64,000 bases of DNA from Nitrospirota bacterium. Its GTDB lineage: Bacteria; Nitrospirota; UBA9217. Positions 1 through 11,021 of this stretch are shown here, piece after piece; the first letter of the stretch is position 1, and every line of letters begins with the position of its first letter. The stretch is taken from contig CAVVUN010000015.1 in NCBI GenBank assembly GCA_963751455.1, positions 32,001 to 96,000 of the forward strand. The letters are read 5' to 3'. The notes under the pieces were generated by a model, which saw only the letters and a program-made list of their open reading frames with translations, was not told the origin of the DNA and searched no databases. Made by a program: the position numbers and the translations under genes.

Positions 1-267
1 TTATTTCTGCGTGTTGCTCTTAGAGGCGGCGGTCTTGATAGAGATGTCCGGATGATGCAAACAACCCGGACAATGCAGCTGCATATTAAGTGCTAAAAAA
101 AAGTAATTAATCTGTAAGCTATTTTAACTATAACAAAAAAAAGTGAGGATGTCATGAGCGGGGGAATTAATTTCGAACGTTCGTTTCAGATGGAAAGGAA
201 AGTGCAACGCAGAGGAAAAGAGTGATTCATTTCTCAAGATTGTGGTGCGTTTTGGGAGCGGGCATTG

Positions 268-1236
268 TTACTGCCGGAATAGACTTCTATCCATATCGAT
301 ATTTCTGCCTCCGACACTTTGCTGATTGTGTGCTCCGGTCAGCTTTGTGCCGTCATCAGATAAAGTGAGAACATAGGTTTCCGTTTTCCAGTATCCCACG
401 ACGGATTTCATCTTCCATTTCATCTGGAGCTTTAGTGTTTTGTCCGTAATCTCGAAAATGTTAACGGCGGCATAGCTGTCTCCTGCCCGTTTGGGCGGGT
501 TCAAAACAAGATCGCCGTTTGTATTCTTCAGAATCTCAAATGCATGGATGGTAATTTCTTCTCCTCTGATATTTTCTTTGAAATACCAGTTGCCAAGAAA
601 GCTTGGTACTTTGGATTTCTTATCCTTTGCTTCCAGGGGCATTTTTATTATTCTGAGTTCTTTTTCGGGTTCAATATCAAGCGTCGGTTTTGCGGCAATA
701 GATGCCGATTTTACCGCTTGATCATTCGGCGCGTTCTTTCCCGCTTGCAAGTCTTCGGCGTCAACTTCCAGAGCATAGATCTTGTTTTTAACGTCTCTGG
801 CATTTTTCGCCTCCGGCGCCGCTATTAAATAGAATTTCAGATTCTGAATCGCCTCGGTATACATTCCTGCTTTTTCCTGAACCACTCCGAGATTATAGTA
901 GGCAAGGGCGAACCACGGCGCCGCATTTGCGGCAGCTTCAAATTCGGCCATCGCTTTGCTGTATCCGGCTGCGTCTTCGGCCTTGCTGAAAAAAGCTGTT
1001 CCCCGGGCCATGCCCCGCTCCGCGGCTTCAGGCAGCGCTGGAGCAGATTTCATACCGAGAGCGAGTTTAATGATTTTTTCACGGAGCTCTGCATTGCCCG
1101 GATCGCTTTTTAGGTCATCGATACAGGTCTTGAACGAATCGGGGCCCGTTTTTTTGGCTGCTTCCGTTTCTTGAACGGACGCGATCAGGATGATAGAACA
1201 GATTATGAATGAAACCAGACGGATAGGGTGTTTCAT
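268..1236 (-). CDS. Exported tetratricopeptide-repeat (TPR) protein
   Basis: N-terminal signal-peptide-like segment; TPR-like helices (AYYNLGVVQEKAGMYTEAIQNLKFYL). Confidence 0.75.
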   Translation of the reverse strand: MKHPIRLVSFIICSIILIASVQETEAAKKTGPDSFKTCIDDLKSDPGNAELREKIIKLALGMKSAPALPEAAERGMARGTAFFSKAEDAAGYSKAMAEFEAAANAAPWFALAYYNLGVVQEKAGMYTEAIQNLKFYLIAAPEAKNARDVKNKIYALEVDAEDLQAGKNAPNDQAVKSASIAAKPTLDIEPEKELRIIKMPLEAKDKKSKVPSFLGNWYFKENIRGEEITIHAFEILKNTNGDLVLNPPKRAGDSYAAVNIFEITDKTLKLQMKWKMKSVVGYWKTETYVLTLSDDGTKLTGAHNQQSVGGRNIDMDRSLFRQ

Positions 1237-1494
1237 TTGCTTCTCCTTGCCATGTTGCTACTTAAGGTTGTTCAACTTTATGTACTTTTCACCAAAATAT
1301 AAGTCCCTGAAAAATAAATTAAATCAAAAAGAACAGTATGTAAATAGTATCCCAAAGTATCAGGAGAGTCAAGATGTTTTTAGAAACGCGGCTGAATTGA
1401 AACGAGTGAGCGGCAAGATGTCTACATTCGACCTGTGTCTTATTTATGCTCTTTGGAGTTGTCTAAATTATCTCAGTGCGATATAGTGAAGATC

Positions 1495-1782
1495 ATGAAA
1501 ACTTGTCATAAGTGCAGGCATGAAGTTACATCAGGCAGAACAACCGGCCGTAGAGAGGAATGTGCATTTTGCAAAGCGGATCTTCATTGCTGTCTGAATT
1601 GCGCGTTGTATGACTTGCATGCATCGAAACAATGCCGGGAACCGGTAGCTGAACCGGTCAAGATAAAGGACAAGGCCAATTACTGCGATTATTTTGCATT
1701 CCCGGACCGGCCAGCCACGGGCTTTGAAGAAAAAGAGATTGAAAAAAAGCGCAAAGCGCTTGACGACCTTTTCAAAAGATAA
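1495..1782 (+). CDS. Small Cys-rich (zinc-binding) hypothetical protein
   Basis: CHKC, CAFC, CLNC and further Cys; ATG at 1495 preferred over the upstream ORF start. Confidence 0.7.
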   Translation: MKTCHKCRHEVTSGRTTGRREECAFCKADLHCCLNCALYDLHASKQCREPVAEPVKIKDKANYCDYFAFPDRPATGFEEKEIEKKRKALDDLFKR

Positions 1783-1875
1783 AAATACTACAATCGACAA
1801 AATCTGTGCCGCGGTGAACATAAACAATCAAAGCCAAGGACAGTTTGGATACGGTCGAGAAGACGCAGCCCATGA

Positions 1876-2559
1876 TTAAATGCCTCTGCGGTTCGGATCT
1901 CGCCTGTCCTGATGGACGTCGGTGATACGGTCCTCGTACCGGTGATTGATGATCGCACACACTTCTTCAGGCTCGTCAACGATGTGCAACAGGTCCAGAT
2001 CTTCGGCACTTATATTATTCATGGTAAGCACCGCTTTTTTCATCCAGTCTATCAAGCCTTGCCAGTATTCCCTGCCTACGAGCACGACCGGGAAGCCGCG
2101 GATCTTTTTCGTTTGAATGAGAGTGAGCGCCTCAAAAAGTTCATCCATCGTTCCGAAGCCGCCCGGGAAAATTACATATCCGATCGCGTATTTGACGAAC
2201 ATCAGTTTGCGTACGAAGAAGTAGCGGAACTCCACACGAATATCCTGAAAAATGTTCGGCGCCTGCTCCATGGGCAGTTCTATGTTCAACCCGATGGAAA
2301 TGCCGTTGGCATTTTGGGCACCCTTGTTCGCCGCTTCCATGATGCCGGGCCCGCCTCCTGAAATGACTGCAAAACCGTCCCTGGCAAGGTGCTCTGCCAC
2401 TTTCAAACATTTATTATAGTAGATTGATCCCGGCGCGAGGCGGGCGCTGCCGAATATGGTTACGGCAGGGCCGATCCCGTTTAAAGCCTCAAAGCCTTCC
2501 ACGAGTTCGGCCATGATCCGGAACACTCTCCAGGTATCCGATTTCGCTAAATCTTCCAT
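1876..2559 (-). CDS. LOG family (TIGR00730-type) nucleotide phosphoribohydrolase
   Basis: FGSAR, SGGGPGIMEAAN and PGGFGTMDE motifs. Confidence 0.9.
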   Translation of the reverse strand: MEDLAKSDTWRVFRIMAELVEGFEALNGIGPAVTIFGSARLAPGSIYYNKCLKVAEHLARDGFAVISGGGPGIMEAANKGAQNANGISIGLNIELPMEQAPNIFQDIRVEFRYFFVRKLMFVKYAIGYVIFPGGFGTMDELFEALTLIQTKKIRGFPVVLVGREYWQGLIDWMKKAVLTMNNISAEDLDLLHIVDEPEEVCAIINHRYEDRITDVHQDRRDPNRRGI

Positions 2560-2602
2560 ACGTTCTTTTTCCTCCTATGCAGGCATGAAAAGCCGCCACC
2601 AA

Positions 2603-3691
2603 TCACAGTGCACTATTATTATTTGCAGCAAACTCCTCGCGATAGATTTGAATAAAGGCTGTCAGTAGCGTCACGATCAGCGGTCCGAACAGGATGCCCA
2701 GGAACCCGTATACCTGCAAGCCCCCCAGAATCCCGAAGAACAGAAAGAGTGTGGGCATATTTGTTTTTTTTCCGATCAGTATCGGCCTGATAAAATTATC
2801 CGGCAGGCTGACAAGGAGGATTCCCCAGATCGACAGCAGAATTCCCTGCAAAGTCGCTTTTGTGGCGAAGAGGTACAGTGCTCCAGGGATCCATATCAGC
2901 GCCGCGCCCCCGAAAGGAAGGAGCGACAGGACCACAGTTAAAAATCCCCACAAAACCGGTAAGGGGATCCCGAATAACGCGAAGCCGATCCCGGTCATTA
3001 CTCCCTGACCAAGCGCAATAAGGAACATGCCGTTAATCACGGCCGTAAACGTATCGTGGAGTTTTTTAGCAATGGAAATTTTCTGGTCCGATGAGAATGG
3101 TATAAGGTCCACGGCAGTCCTGTAATAGCGCTCGCCGTTCCGGAAAAAAAAGAAAAGCGCGGTAAGCATGATGAAAAGATTGAAGAGGAGGAGCAGCGTG
3201 TCCCGCAGAAGGGCCCCGACCTGCGAGGCCATCCCGGAAGAAAATTTACGAAGAGCGTTGATGACCATATCCCTTACATCGATATCGGCGAGAAGAGGCA
3301 GCGTCAGCAGCTTTCTCGATATAACTGTGGATATCCTGTTCCAGTACTCCATGATGGCGCCCGACGTGATTCCCTCCGCGGCCCATTGATATAGTTCCAC
3401 AGTCTGCGAAACGAGCACCGAGAGCAGTATGATGGCCGGCCCTATAACGAGGAGAAGGGTAAACAACGTCATGATGCTTGCAGCAAGACCTTCCCTTCCA
3501 TGCAGCAGGGCCAGTATCCTGCGGTAGACCGGATAAAACCAAAGCGTAATCACCCCGGCCCAGAGAATCGCAGCAGAAAAGGGGGCGAGCAGACGTATCA
3601 TCTGATACAGCAGGAACAGAAATACGCCGAAGAAGGCGATGGTGAAAATATGAGAGCGGGTCAAGAATTGAGACGTTTTTTTGCCATTCAT
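2603..3691 (-). CDS. AI-2E family transporter
   Basis: Multi-TM protein with DNFIRP and GILFGP C-terminal motifs. Confidence 0.85.
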   Translation of the reverse strand: MNGKKTSQFLTRSHIFTIAFFGVFLFLLYQMIRLLAPFSAAILWAGVITLWFYPVYRRILALLHGREGLAASIMTLFTLLLVIGPAIILLSVLVSQTVELYQWAAEGITSGAIMEYWNRISTVISRKLLTLPLLADIDVRDMVINALRKFSSGMASQVGALLRDTLLLLFNLFIMLTALFFFFRNGERYYRTAVDLIPFSSDQKISIAKKLHDTFTAVINGMFLIALGQGVMTGIGFALFGIPLPVLWGFLTVVLSLLPFGGAALIWIPGALYLFATKATLQGILLSIWGILLVSLPDNFIRPILIGKKTNMPTLFLFFGILGGLQVYGFLGILFGPLIVTLLTAFIQIYREEFAANNNSAL

Positions 3692-4707
3692 GGTGTCTCC
3701 CGGAGTTGTCTATTGCGAAACGAGGTCATTTGGGCAGCAATTTTCGCCGCTTCGACCAGGCTGGTCGGATCAGCGCAATTTTTTCCGGCGATGTCATAAG
3801 CAGTGCCGTGATCAACGGAGGTGCGTATGATGGGAAGGCCGACTGTCACATTGACGGCTTTTCCAAAGGCCAGCATCTTGAGAGGTGCAAGCCCCTGATC
3901 GTGGTACATGGCGACAACGATATCATAGTACCTGTTACGCGCCTTATAAAAAAGCGTATCGGCCGGAATGGGGTCGCTCGCGTCAATGCCTTCCGTCCGC
4001 GCCTGTAAAATGGCCGGCATGATTTCGTCCCACTCCTCGCTTCCGAAGAGCTTTCCTTCTCCGGCATGCGGGTTCAGTGCCGCAACACCGATCCGGGGCT
4101 GGTGTATTCCAAAGGCGGCCATCGCCGTGTGCGCCAGACGAAGTGTCTTCAAAACGGAAGCTTGCGTAATGTGCCCGGGGACATCCTTGAGCGCCAGGTG
4201 AATAGTTGCCAGAATAATTTTGAGACCGCCTCCTACGAACATCATGCCGTATTCCCCTGAATTGGTGAGTTCTGCGAGCAGTTCCGTATGACCGGCATAG
4301 CGATAACCCGCAGCGTTCATCATTTCCTTGTTGATCGGCGCCGTTACGATTGCGTCGGCCTGATGTGTCAGGGCGAGTTCGACTGCTTTCTTTATATAAA
4401 CGACCACTGCCTTGCCTGAGGAAACGTCCGGAGTTCCCCATTTATGGCTTTCAAGGTCCACCATCTTAAGATCCAGAACATCGATTGTGCCGGAAACGGG
4501 AACTGCTTCAGAGACCGAAGAGATGCCCCGTATCGTCACTGAAAGCCCAACTTCTTCCACCAGTTTTCTCATCACACCCGCGTCGCCGATCACTATGGGT
4601 CTGCAGAGCGATGGCAATTCTCCGCTGTCGATTGACTTGGCGATGATCTCCGGGCCGATGCCTGCCGGGTCACCCATGGTTATGACTATAAGAGGTTTTC
4701 CGTCCAT
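3688..4707 (-). CDS. pdxA: 4-hydroxythreonine-4-phosphate dehydrogenase
   Basis: TMGDPAGIGPE, GHTE, NPHAGE, MYHDQG, RTSVDHGTA motifs. Confidence 0.95.
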   Translation of the reverse strand: MDGKPLIVITMGDPAGIGPEIIAKSIDSGELPSLCRPIVIGDAGVMRKLVEEVGLSVTIRGISSVSEAVPVSGTIDVLDLKMVDLESHKWGTPDVSSGKAVVVYIKKAVELALTHQADAIVTAPINKEMMNAAGYRYAGHTELLAELTNSGEYGMMFVGGGLKIILATIHLALKDVPGHITQASVLKTLRLAHTAMAAFGIHQPRIGVAALNPHAGEGKLFGSEEWDEIMPAILQARTEGIDASDPIPADTLFYKARNRYYDIVVAMYHDQGLAPLKMLAFGKAVNVTVGLPIIRTSVDHGTAYDIAGKNCADPTSLVEAAKIAAQMTSFRNRQLRETP

Positions 4708-4735
4708 ACGTCTTCTTTCGAGAGCGTGATCTTGA

Positions 4736-5038
4736 TCATGAAGTCCCGTCTCCCTTTGTCCTTCTCCCTCCAGGGGACAGGGGGAGTGGTGAGGGTATTC
4801 GATGACGGTACATTTCCCCGGGAGGGACCTTCTTGGGTGCTTCCGAAGGATTGCTCATAACTTCAAAATCGATAACCCGCGACGAAAATTTCAGTGTGAT
4901 AACGTCTCCCTGCCTGACCTCTCTGCCGGGTTTAACCTCCCTGCCGTTTACAAGCACTCTGCCTTGGTCGCACATTTCCCGCGCGATTGACCGGCGTTTT
5001 ATAAGCCTCGCGGTTTTTAAAAACAGATCAATACGCAC
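4736..5038 (-). CDS. S4-domain RNA-binding protein (Hsp15/YabO-like)
   Basis: RIDLFLKTARLIKRRSIAREMC S4 signature. Confidence 0.85.
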   Translation of the reverse strand: MRIDLFLKTARLIKRRSIAREMCDQGRVLVNGREVKPGREVRQGDVITLKFSSRVIDFEVMSNPSEAPKKVPPGEMYRHRIPSPLPLSPGGRRTKGDGTS

Positions 5039-5154
5039 GTAGTATTCTAGCGTAAAAAGCCGTGTTTTACAACGGCAAATCAGGATTGGCGAGTGTTTCG
5101 GACTTCGCGATGACGGTTTCGTGGTTCAGAAGAGGGTGAGAGAGCCTGGCGGGC

Positions 5155-6573
5155 TTACCTTATTACAGCGATCGCAGCCTCAATGCGCCTGATGGTTTTT
5201 TCCTTTCCCATCAGTTCGATCACTTCATAGATACCTGGGCTTACCGTTCCGCCTGTCAATGCGACCCGTACCGGCTGAGCGATTTTGCCGAGCTTTAATC
5301 CCTTCTCTGCGACGATCGCATTGAACACCTTCTCTATCTCATCGCGCGTAAAGGGATCCACAGCTTTCAGTTTTGTAAGAAGCTCTGAAAGCAGCGTGAC
5401 AACATCGGGCTGCAGGTGCTTGGCCTTTGCCTTTTCTTCTATCGTAATTTGATCGACGATGAAAGGAACGGATGCGGTCTTCATCTCAACGAGCGTGTGG
5501 CTCCGCTCGGTCAGTATCGTAACCAGCTTCCTGAGCCAGTCGAGATCCGGCTCTTTTCCTGCATCAACGATCTTGTCCTTCTTTAAAAGATCGAGGACCA
5601 GACCCGCCAGTCTTGCCGGGTCGGCCTGCTGGATATAATGGTGATTGAGCCACAGGAGCTTCTCGGGGTTAAAGACGGAAGGCGCTTTTCCCACATTTTC
5701 GAAGGAGAAATTTCCGATCAGTTCCTGTTGCGAGAAAATCTCCTGGTCGCCGTGAGACCAACCGAGTCGAGCGAGGTAGTTGACAAGCGCTTCAGGCAGA
5801 TAGCCAAGGTCTATGTACTCTGTAACGGCTGTGGCGCCATGGCGCTTTGAGAGCTTGGTTTTATCCGGCCCGAGGATCATGGGCAAGTGCGCGAACTCGG
5901 GAGCTTCATATCCGAGCGCGTGGTAAAGTTGGATCTGGCGCGGCGTGTTGTTTAAATGATCGTCACCGCGGATAACGTGCGAGATTTTCATCGTAACATC
6001 GTCTACGACGACCGCGAAATTATACGTTGGGAACCCATCGGAACGCTGTATGATGAGATCGTCAAGCTGCTGGTTCTCGAAGGTCACCGCTCCGCGAATA
6101 AGATCACGCACAATCGTTTGCCCTTCATCAGACGACAGAAAGCGGACCGCAGGGGTACGTCCGGGAACGGGTGCTGTAAGCGAACGACATTTGCGGTCAT
6201 ATTTGGGCGGGCGGCCATCGGCAAGCGCCTTCTTCCTGCGCGCCTCGAGTTCCTCGGGCGTGCAATAACAGTAATAGGCTTTGCCTGCCTTCAGAAGACG
6301 GTCGACATTCTCGCGATAGACATTCATGCGTTCAGTCTGGCGGTATGGTCCCTCATCCCAATCAAGGCCGATCCACTTCATGCCGTCCAATATGATTTTG
6401 ATCGACTCATCCGTGGAACGTGTCTGGTCGGTATCCTCGATCCGTAAAATGAACGTTCCTTTATGATGGCGCGCGTAAAGCCAGTTAAAGAGGGCTGTTC
6501 GGACACCTCCTATATGGAGTGCGCCTGTCGGGCTGGGTGCGAAGCGAACTCGAACATTTTTCATAGTACTCAT
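5155..6573 (-). CDS. gltX: Glutamate--tRNA ligase
   Basis: RFAPSPTGALHIGG (HIGH) and KLSKR motifs. Confidence 0.97.
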   Translation of the reverse strand: MSTMKNVRVRFAPSPTGALHIGGVRTALFNWLYARHHKGTFILRIEDTDQTRSTDESIKIILDGMKWIGLDWDEGPYRQTERMNVYRENVDRLLKAGKAYYCYCTPEELEARRKKALADGRPPKYDRKCRSLTAPVPGRTPAVRFLSSDEGQTIVRDLIRGAVTFENQQLDDLIIQRSDGFPTYNFAVVVDDVTMKISHVIRGDDHLNNTPRQIQLYHALGYEAPEFAHLPMILGPDKTKLSKRHGATAVTEYIDLGYLPEALVNYLARLGWSHGDQEIFSQQELIGNFSFENVGKAPSVFNPEKLLWLNHHYIQQADPARLAGLVLDLLKKDKIVDAGKEPDLDWLRKLVTILTERSHTLVEMKTASVPFIVDQITIEEKAKAKHLQPDVVTLLSELLTKLKAVDPFTRDEIEKVFNAIVAEKGLKLGKIAQPVRVALTGGTVSPGIYEVIELMGKEKTIRRIEAAIAVIR

Positions 6574-6878
6574 GTGCGTCGTAGACTCCTTATATCACTG
6601 ATTTACAGTGCGACGTATTATAGCAAATAATCTCATTAATCAAAAGTAAATTTAATAGAGAGTTATGCTGCAATAAAGGCGCTGGGCAAAATCAGCCACT
6701 TTCTTTAGTAGTTCCAAGAAGGTTCTAATGACACAAAAGCGCTTTTGACTGGAAGATCATCGCTTAATTTGACAAAATAGTGTCTCTTCGTTATGCTTTA
6801 AGCAGTATATAAATTTACAATTTAGTTTTCGAAAATGGCAGCGGGCGCTCACGCATAAATTTATTCTGGAGGTGCCAT

Positions 6879-7321
6879 ATGGATATCAAAGTGCTGTCCA
6901 CAGCTCCGGTTGTAGAGATCGATGGAGTAAAATATCATCATCACCCAAACGGGGGGGCATGGTAGCCGAAAATGCCTGCGTTGACGAGAGCGTTTATGTC
7001 GGGCCTTTTGCGAAAATCTGCGGTCAATGCAAGCTGAGCGGTGAAGCGTTTGTTTTCGGGAATGCCTGGGTTTTTGATAATGCGGAGATTTCGGGCAGGG
7101 CTGAGATATTCGGAAATGCGAGGGTCTTCGGAAACGCCAAGGTCCAGGGAGATGCGAAGGTATACGGGTTTGCCGGGGTTTACGGAGACGCCGTTATCAG
7201 CGGATATGCCGAGGTAGCCGACAAAGCGCAGGTTGGCGGGAGCGCCCGGATTCTCGGCAATACCAGGATAGACGGCGAAGTGAAGATAGCCGGCGATTTC
7301 ATTATCGATAAGGCTGCCTGA
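6879..7321 (+). CDS. Hexapeptide-repeat (left-handed beta-helix-like) protein, frameshifted at a G7 tract
   Basis: GGAGG + ATG at 6879 reads MDIKVLSTAPVVEIDGVKYHHHPNG; repeats (xVxGNA) continue in another frame after GGGGGGG at 6951-6957. Confidence 0.65.
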
Positions 7322-7344
7322 GCGGTTCAGCTTTTTAGAGTAAT

Positions 7345-7379
7345 AAAAAAAGGGGACGGATTTACTCCGTCCCCTTTTT
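7345..7379. terminator. Bidirectional intrinsic terminator
   Basis: A-tract + GGGGACGGA/TCCGTCCCC hairpin + T-tract between convergent genes. Confidence 0.8.
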
Positions 7380-7400
7380 GCGTCATTGTATTTTTAAAAC

Positions 7401-7835
<435 letters not shown>

Positions 7836-7851
7836 TCACCGGGGTAAAAGC

Positions 7852-8538
7852 CTAATGGTGGTCCCCTCCTCCGAGGTGCGCCTCTTCAATCGATCCGGAG
7901 AGGTAGAGCATCGTGAGAAGCGTAAAGACTCCCGCTTGGACAAAAGCGACCAGAACGCCCAGTCCAAGGATCGGGACAGGAGCGATGTACGGCGCGAGCA
8001 ACGCGAGCACAAGGAGAAGTTTATGCTTAGCCACCATGTTGCCGAAGAGACGAAACGTGAGCGACATGACCCGGGCCAGATGACTGATGAGTTCAATGGG
8101 GAACATGAGGGGCGCAAGGAGCGGCATGGGTCCCATGAAATGCTTTATGTACCCGATGCCGTGTCGCTTGATGCCGATGTAGTGAGTTGCGGTGAACGAT
8201 ACCAGGGCAAGTGCAAGCGTGGTATTGATGTTTGCAGTCGGAGAATCAAAGCCCGGGAAAAGCCCCTGGAGGTTGCAGACGAGAATGAACAGAAACAGAG
8301 AGCCGATCAAGGTAAGGTAATGTTTGCCCTCGGGACCCATGATTTCCTCGACGAAGTTTTCGAGGCCGCCGACGATGACCTCAAAAAAGTTCTGGAAACC
8401 TGTAGGCGCGCTTTTCTTAAGCGTAAAACGCGCGACCAGAGAAAGGCCGATAAGGATGGCCATCGCGAGCCAGGAATAGGTGACATGCTCCGGTACGTTT
8501 GGTACATGTAAAAGCAGAGGTCCTTCTTTCATTCTCAT
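7852..8538 (-). CDS. atpB: F0F1 ATP synthase subunit a
   Basis: PTANINT, SLTFRLFGNM, VQAGVFTLL motifs. Confidence 0.95.
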   Translation of the reverse strand: MRMKEGPLLLHVPNVPEHVTYSWLAMAILIGLSLVARFTLKKSAPTGFQNFFEVIVGGLENFVEEIMGPEGKHYLTLIGSLFLFILVCNLQGLFPGFDSPTANINTTLALALVSFTATHYIGIKRHGIGYIKHFMGPMPLLAPLMFPIELISHLARVMSLTFRLFGNMVAKHKLLLVLALLAPYIAPVPILGLGVLVAFVQAGVFTLLTMLYLSGSIEEAHLGGGDHH

Positions 8539-8730
8539 GCTCCTTATAGAACAGTGTTAACCCCAAAAAATTTACCGTAAGGCCTGTTTTTTGTCAAGAA
8601 AAAAGCCGAAGCCTGCCATAAAATTTACTAATGACGATATATGTGTTTCATAATGGATCGGACGGGTGCAGAAGGCTCTGTGCTGACTTCGGTATTGCGG
8701 GGGGTTGGCGTTTGCCGGAAAGGAGAAGAG

Positions 8731-9294
8731 CTATACCGTCATTATCTCCTTTTCCTTATGGACAAGCCCGTCATCTATTTTTTTGATATAAGCGTCAGTC
8801 AGTTTCTGAATCTCCTCTTGCAGCTTCTTGGTCTCGTCTTCAGAGACGTGCGCGGCTTTGTCCTTGCTCTTTTTCTTGATATCGTCATTGATGTCGCGCC
8901 GGATATTCCTGACTGCAACTCGACATTCTTCGGCAAGTTTTTTTGCATGTTTTACAAGTTGGTGTCTGCGCTCCTCATTCAATGCAGGGATGTTCAGTCG
9001 GATCAGTTTCCCGTCGTTTGTCGGTGTAATGCCGACATCGGACTTCAAAATCGCCTTTTCGATTTCCCCGAGCATCTTGGCTTCCCACGGCTGTATGGTT
9101 ATCTGACGAGGGTCAGGGATCGCCATATTGGCGACCTGATTGAGAGGTGTCGGAGTGCCGTAGAAGTCGACGGTTATGCCGTCGAGCATGGCCAGAGATG
9201 CCCTGCCCGTGCGTAATGACGCAAGCTCTTTTCTCAAAACGTCGAGCGCCTTGAGCATCTTGTCTTCGGCCTTCTTCTTCTGCTCATTAAGCAT
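8731..9294 (-). CDS. frr: Ribosome recycling factor
   Basis: [15 protein letters not shown] motifs; synteny with pyrH. Confidence 0.97.
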   Translation of the reverse strand: MLNEQKKKAEDKMLKALDVLRKELASLRTGRASLAMLDGITVDFYGTPTPLNQVANMAIPDPRQITIQPWEAKMLGEIEKAILKSDVGITPTNDGKLIRLNIPALNEERRHQLVKHAKKLAEECRVAVRNIRRDINDDIKKKSKDKAAHVSEDETKKLQEEIQKLTDAYIKKIDDGLVHKEKEIMTV

Positions 9295-10015
9295 TGGTCC
9301 CCCCCGTTACGAGTGTTCCTACCGTTTCGCCAAGAACAATACGTTTTATATTGCCGGAAGCGTTCAGATTGAACACGATGATGGGAAGATTGTTGTCCAT
9401 GCACAACGAGATTGCTGTCGCATCCATGACCCGAAGGCTCTTCTGCAGAACCTCGATATAGGTCAGGTGGTTGAATTTGGTCGCTGCTTTATCTTTCATC
9501 GGGTCTGCGCTGTAGACCCCGTCAACCTTCGTGGCCTTCATGATCACCTCGGCCCCGATTTCCATGGCCCGGAGGGCAGCGGCGGTGTCCGTGGTAAAAT
9601 AGGGGTTTCCGGTGCCGGCGGCGAAGATTACGACGCGCCCTTTCTCGAGGTGCCGCACAGCGCGGCGTCTGATATATGTTTCGGCCAGCTCGCGCATTTC
9701 GATTGCCGATTGTACGCGCGTGACCACTCCTTTGTTCTCGAGGATGTTCTGGAGGGCGAGGGCATTCAGGACCGTAGCCAGCATGCCCATATAATCGGCG
9801 CTCGCCCGCTCCATACCCTTAGCGGCGGCAGAGAGGCCCCGGAAGATATTGCCTCCGCCGATGACGATCGCGACCTCAACACCCAGGTCGCAGATTTCCT
9901 TGACTTCCGATGTGATCGTATCGAGAACGGCATGGTCGATGCCGTATCCCTGCTCGCCCATGAGAGCTTCTCCGGAGAGCTTGAGCAGGATACGTTTATA
10001 TCGAGTTTGTGCCAT
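9287..10015 (-). CDS. pyrH: UMP kinase
   Basis: [24 protein letters not shown] motifs. Confidence 0.97.
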   Translation of the reverse strand: MAQTRYKRILLKLSGEALMGEQGYGIDHAVLDTITSEVKEICDLGVEVAIVIGGGNIFRGLSAAAKGMERASADYMGMLATVLNALALQNILENKGVVTRVQSAIEMRELAETYIRRRAVRHLEKGRVVIFAAGTGNPYFTTDTAAALRAMEIGAEVIMKATKVDGVYSADPMKDKAATKFNHLTYIEVLQKSLRVMDATAISLCMDNNLPIIVFNLNASGNIKRIVLGETVGTLVTGGTNA

Positions 10016-10088
10016 GATTTCCCCAATTAGAGAAAACCGCTGTCGAATAAGGCCCAGCCGTTTTCGTCAAAAATCCGAGTGTTACACC

Positions 10089-10970
10089 TTATTTCAGCTG
10101 GGACGCCACTTCCTCGGCAAAATTTTCCTTCTTTTTTTCGATGCCTTCTCCGAGCTGGAAGCGTACAAAGCGCTTAATTATGACGCCCCCTGTCTTTTTG
10201 ACAAAGTCTTTTATCTTGACCTTGCCGTCGGGGTCTTTGATGTAAACTTGGTCCATGAGACAGGTGTCCGTGTAAAACTTTTCCATTTTTCCTTCTACTA
10301 TTTTCCCGATGACGGCCACCGGTTTTCCTGATTCTTTCGCCTGGCCCTCATAGACCGTGCGTTCGCGCGCGATAACGTCGGCGGGAACCGTCTCACGGTT
10401 TAGATACTGAGGATTGGCCGCAGCGATGTGCATGGCCACGTCCTTTCCGACCTGCTCGTCGCCACCTGAGTAGTCGACCATAACGCCGATACGGTTGCCG
10501 TGCAGATATATGGCGATCCTGCCGCTGGTTTCATACCGTTCGAAGCGGCGTATCGCTATGTTTTCGCCGATCTTCTGGATAAGTCCCTGTCGTCTGGCTT
10601 CAACGTTTTCGCCGTTGAGCGATAATTGTGACAGCGCAGCCACATCGGCAGGCTTATGAGCATTCACCATATCTGCCAGGCTTCTTGAAAACTTTTGAAA
10701 CTCTTCGTTTTTGGAAACGAAATCCGTCTCGCTGTTTACCTCGATCAATACACTTGTTTTGGAGTCTTTATCCAGGGCGGAGGCAATTATGCCTTCGGCA
10801 GCCACGCGCGATGCCTTCTTCGCCGCAGCGGAGAGCCCCTTCTTTCGCAGGATATCGACTGCCTGTTCGAAATTGCCCCCGGCTTCCTCGAGCGCCTTTT
10901 TTGCCTCCATCATGCCGACGCCGGTTTTTTCGCGTAAATCCTTAACTGCTGTTGCAGATATGGTCGCCAT
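10089..10970 (-). CDS. tsf: Elongation factor Ts
   Basis: VKDLREKTG, EVNSETDFV motifs; ATG at 10970 after an RBS. Confidence 0.97.
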   Translation of the reverse strand: MATISATAVKDLREKTGVGMMEAKKALEEAGGNFEQAVDILRKKGLSAAAKKASRVAAEGIIASALDKDSKTSVLIEVNSETDFVSKNEEFQKFSRSLADMVNAHKPADVAALSQLSLNGENVEARRQGLIQKIGENIAIRRFERYETSGRIAIYLHGNRIGVMVDYSGGDEQVGKDVAMHIAAANPQYLNRETVPADVIARERTVYEGQAKESGKPVAVIGKIVEGKMEKFYTDTCLMDQVYIKDPDGKVKIKDFVKKTGGVIIKRFVRFQLGEGIEKKKENFAEEVASQLK

Positions 10971-11021
10971 CGTAAAAAAAACTCCCTTCAACGGTTCATT
11001 ATATAATATATAAATTCGTTC

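Noticed and set aside
46-72. Hairpin TGTCCGG..CCGGACA at the window start
   Set aside because: Isolated short stem with its context cut off by the window edge; cannot be assigned.
8641-10030. Long plus-strand ORFs (191 aa, 284 aa) over frr and pyrH
   Set aside because: Antisense shadows of conserved genes, with no recognisable motifs.
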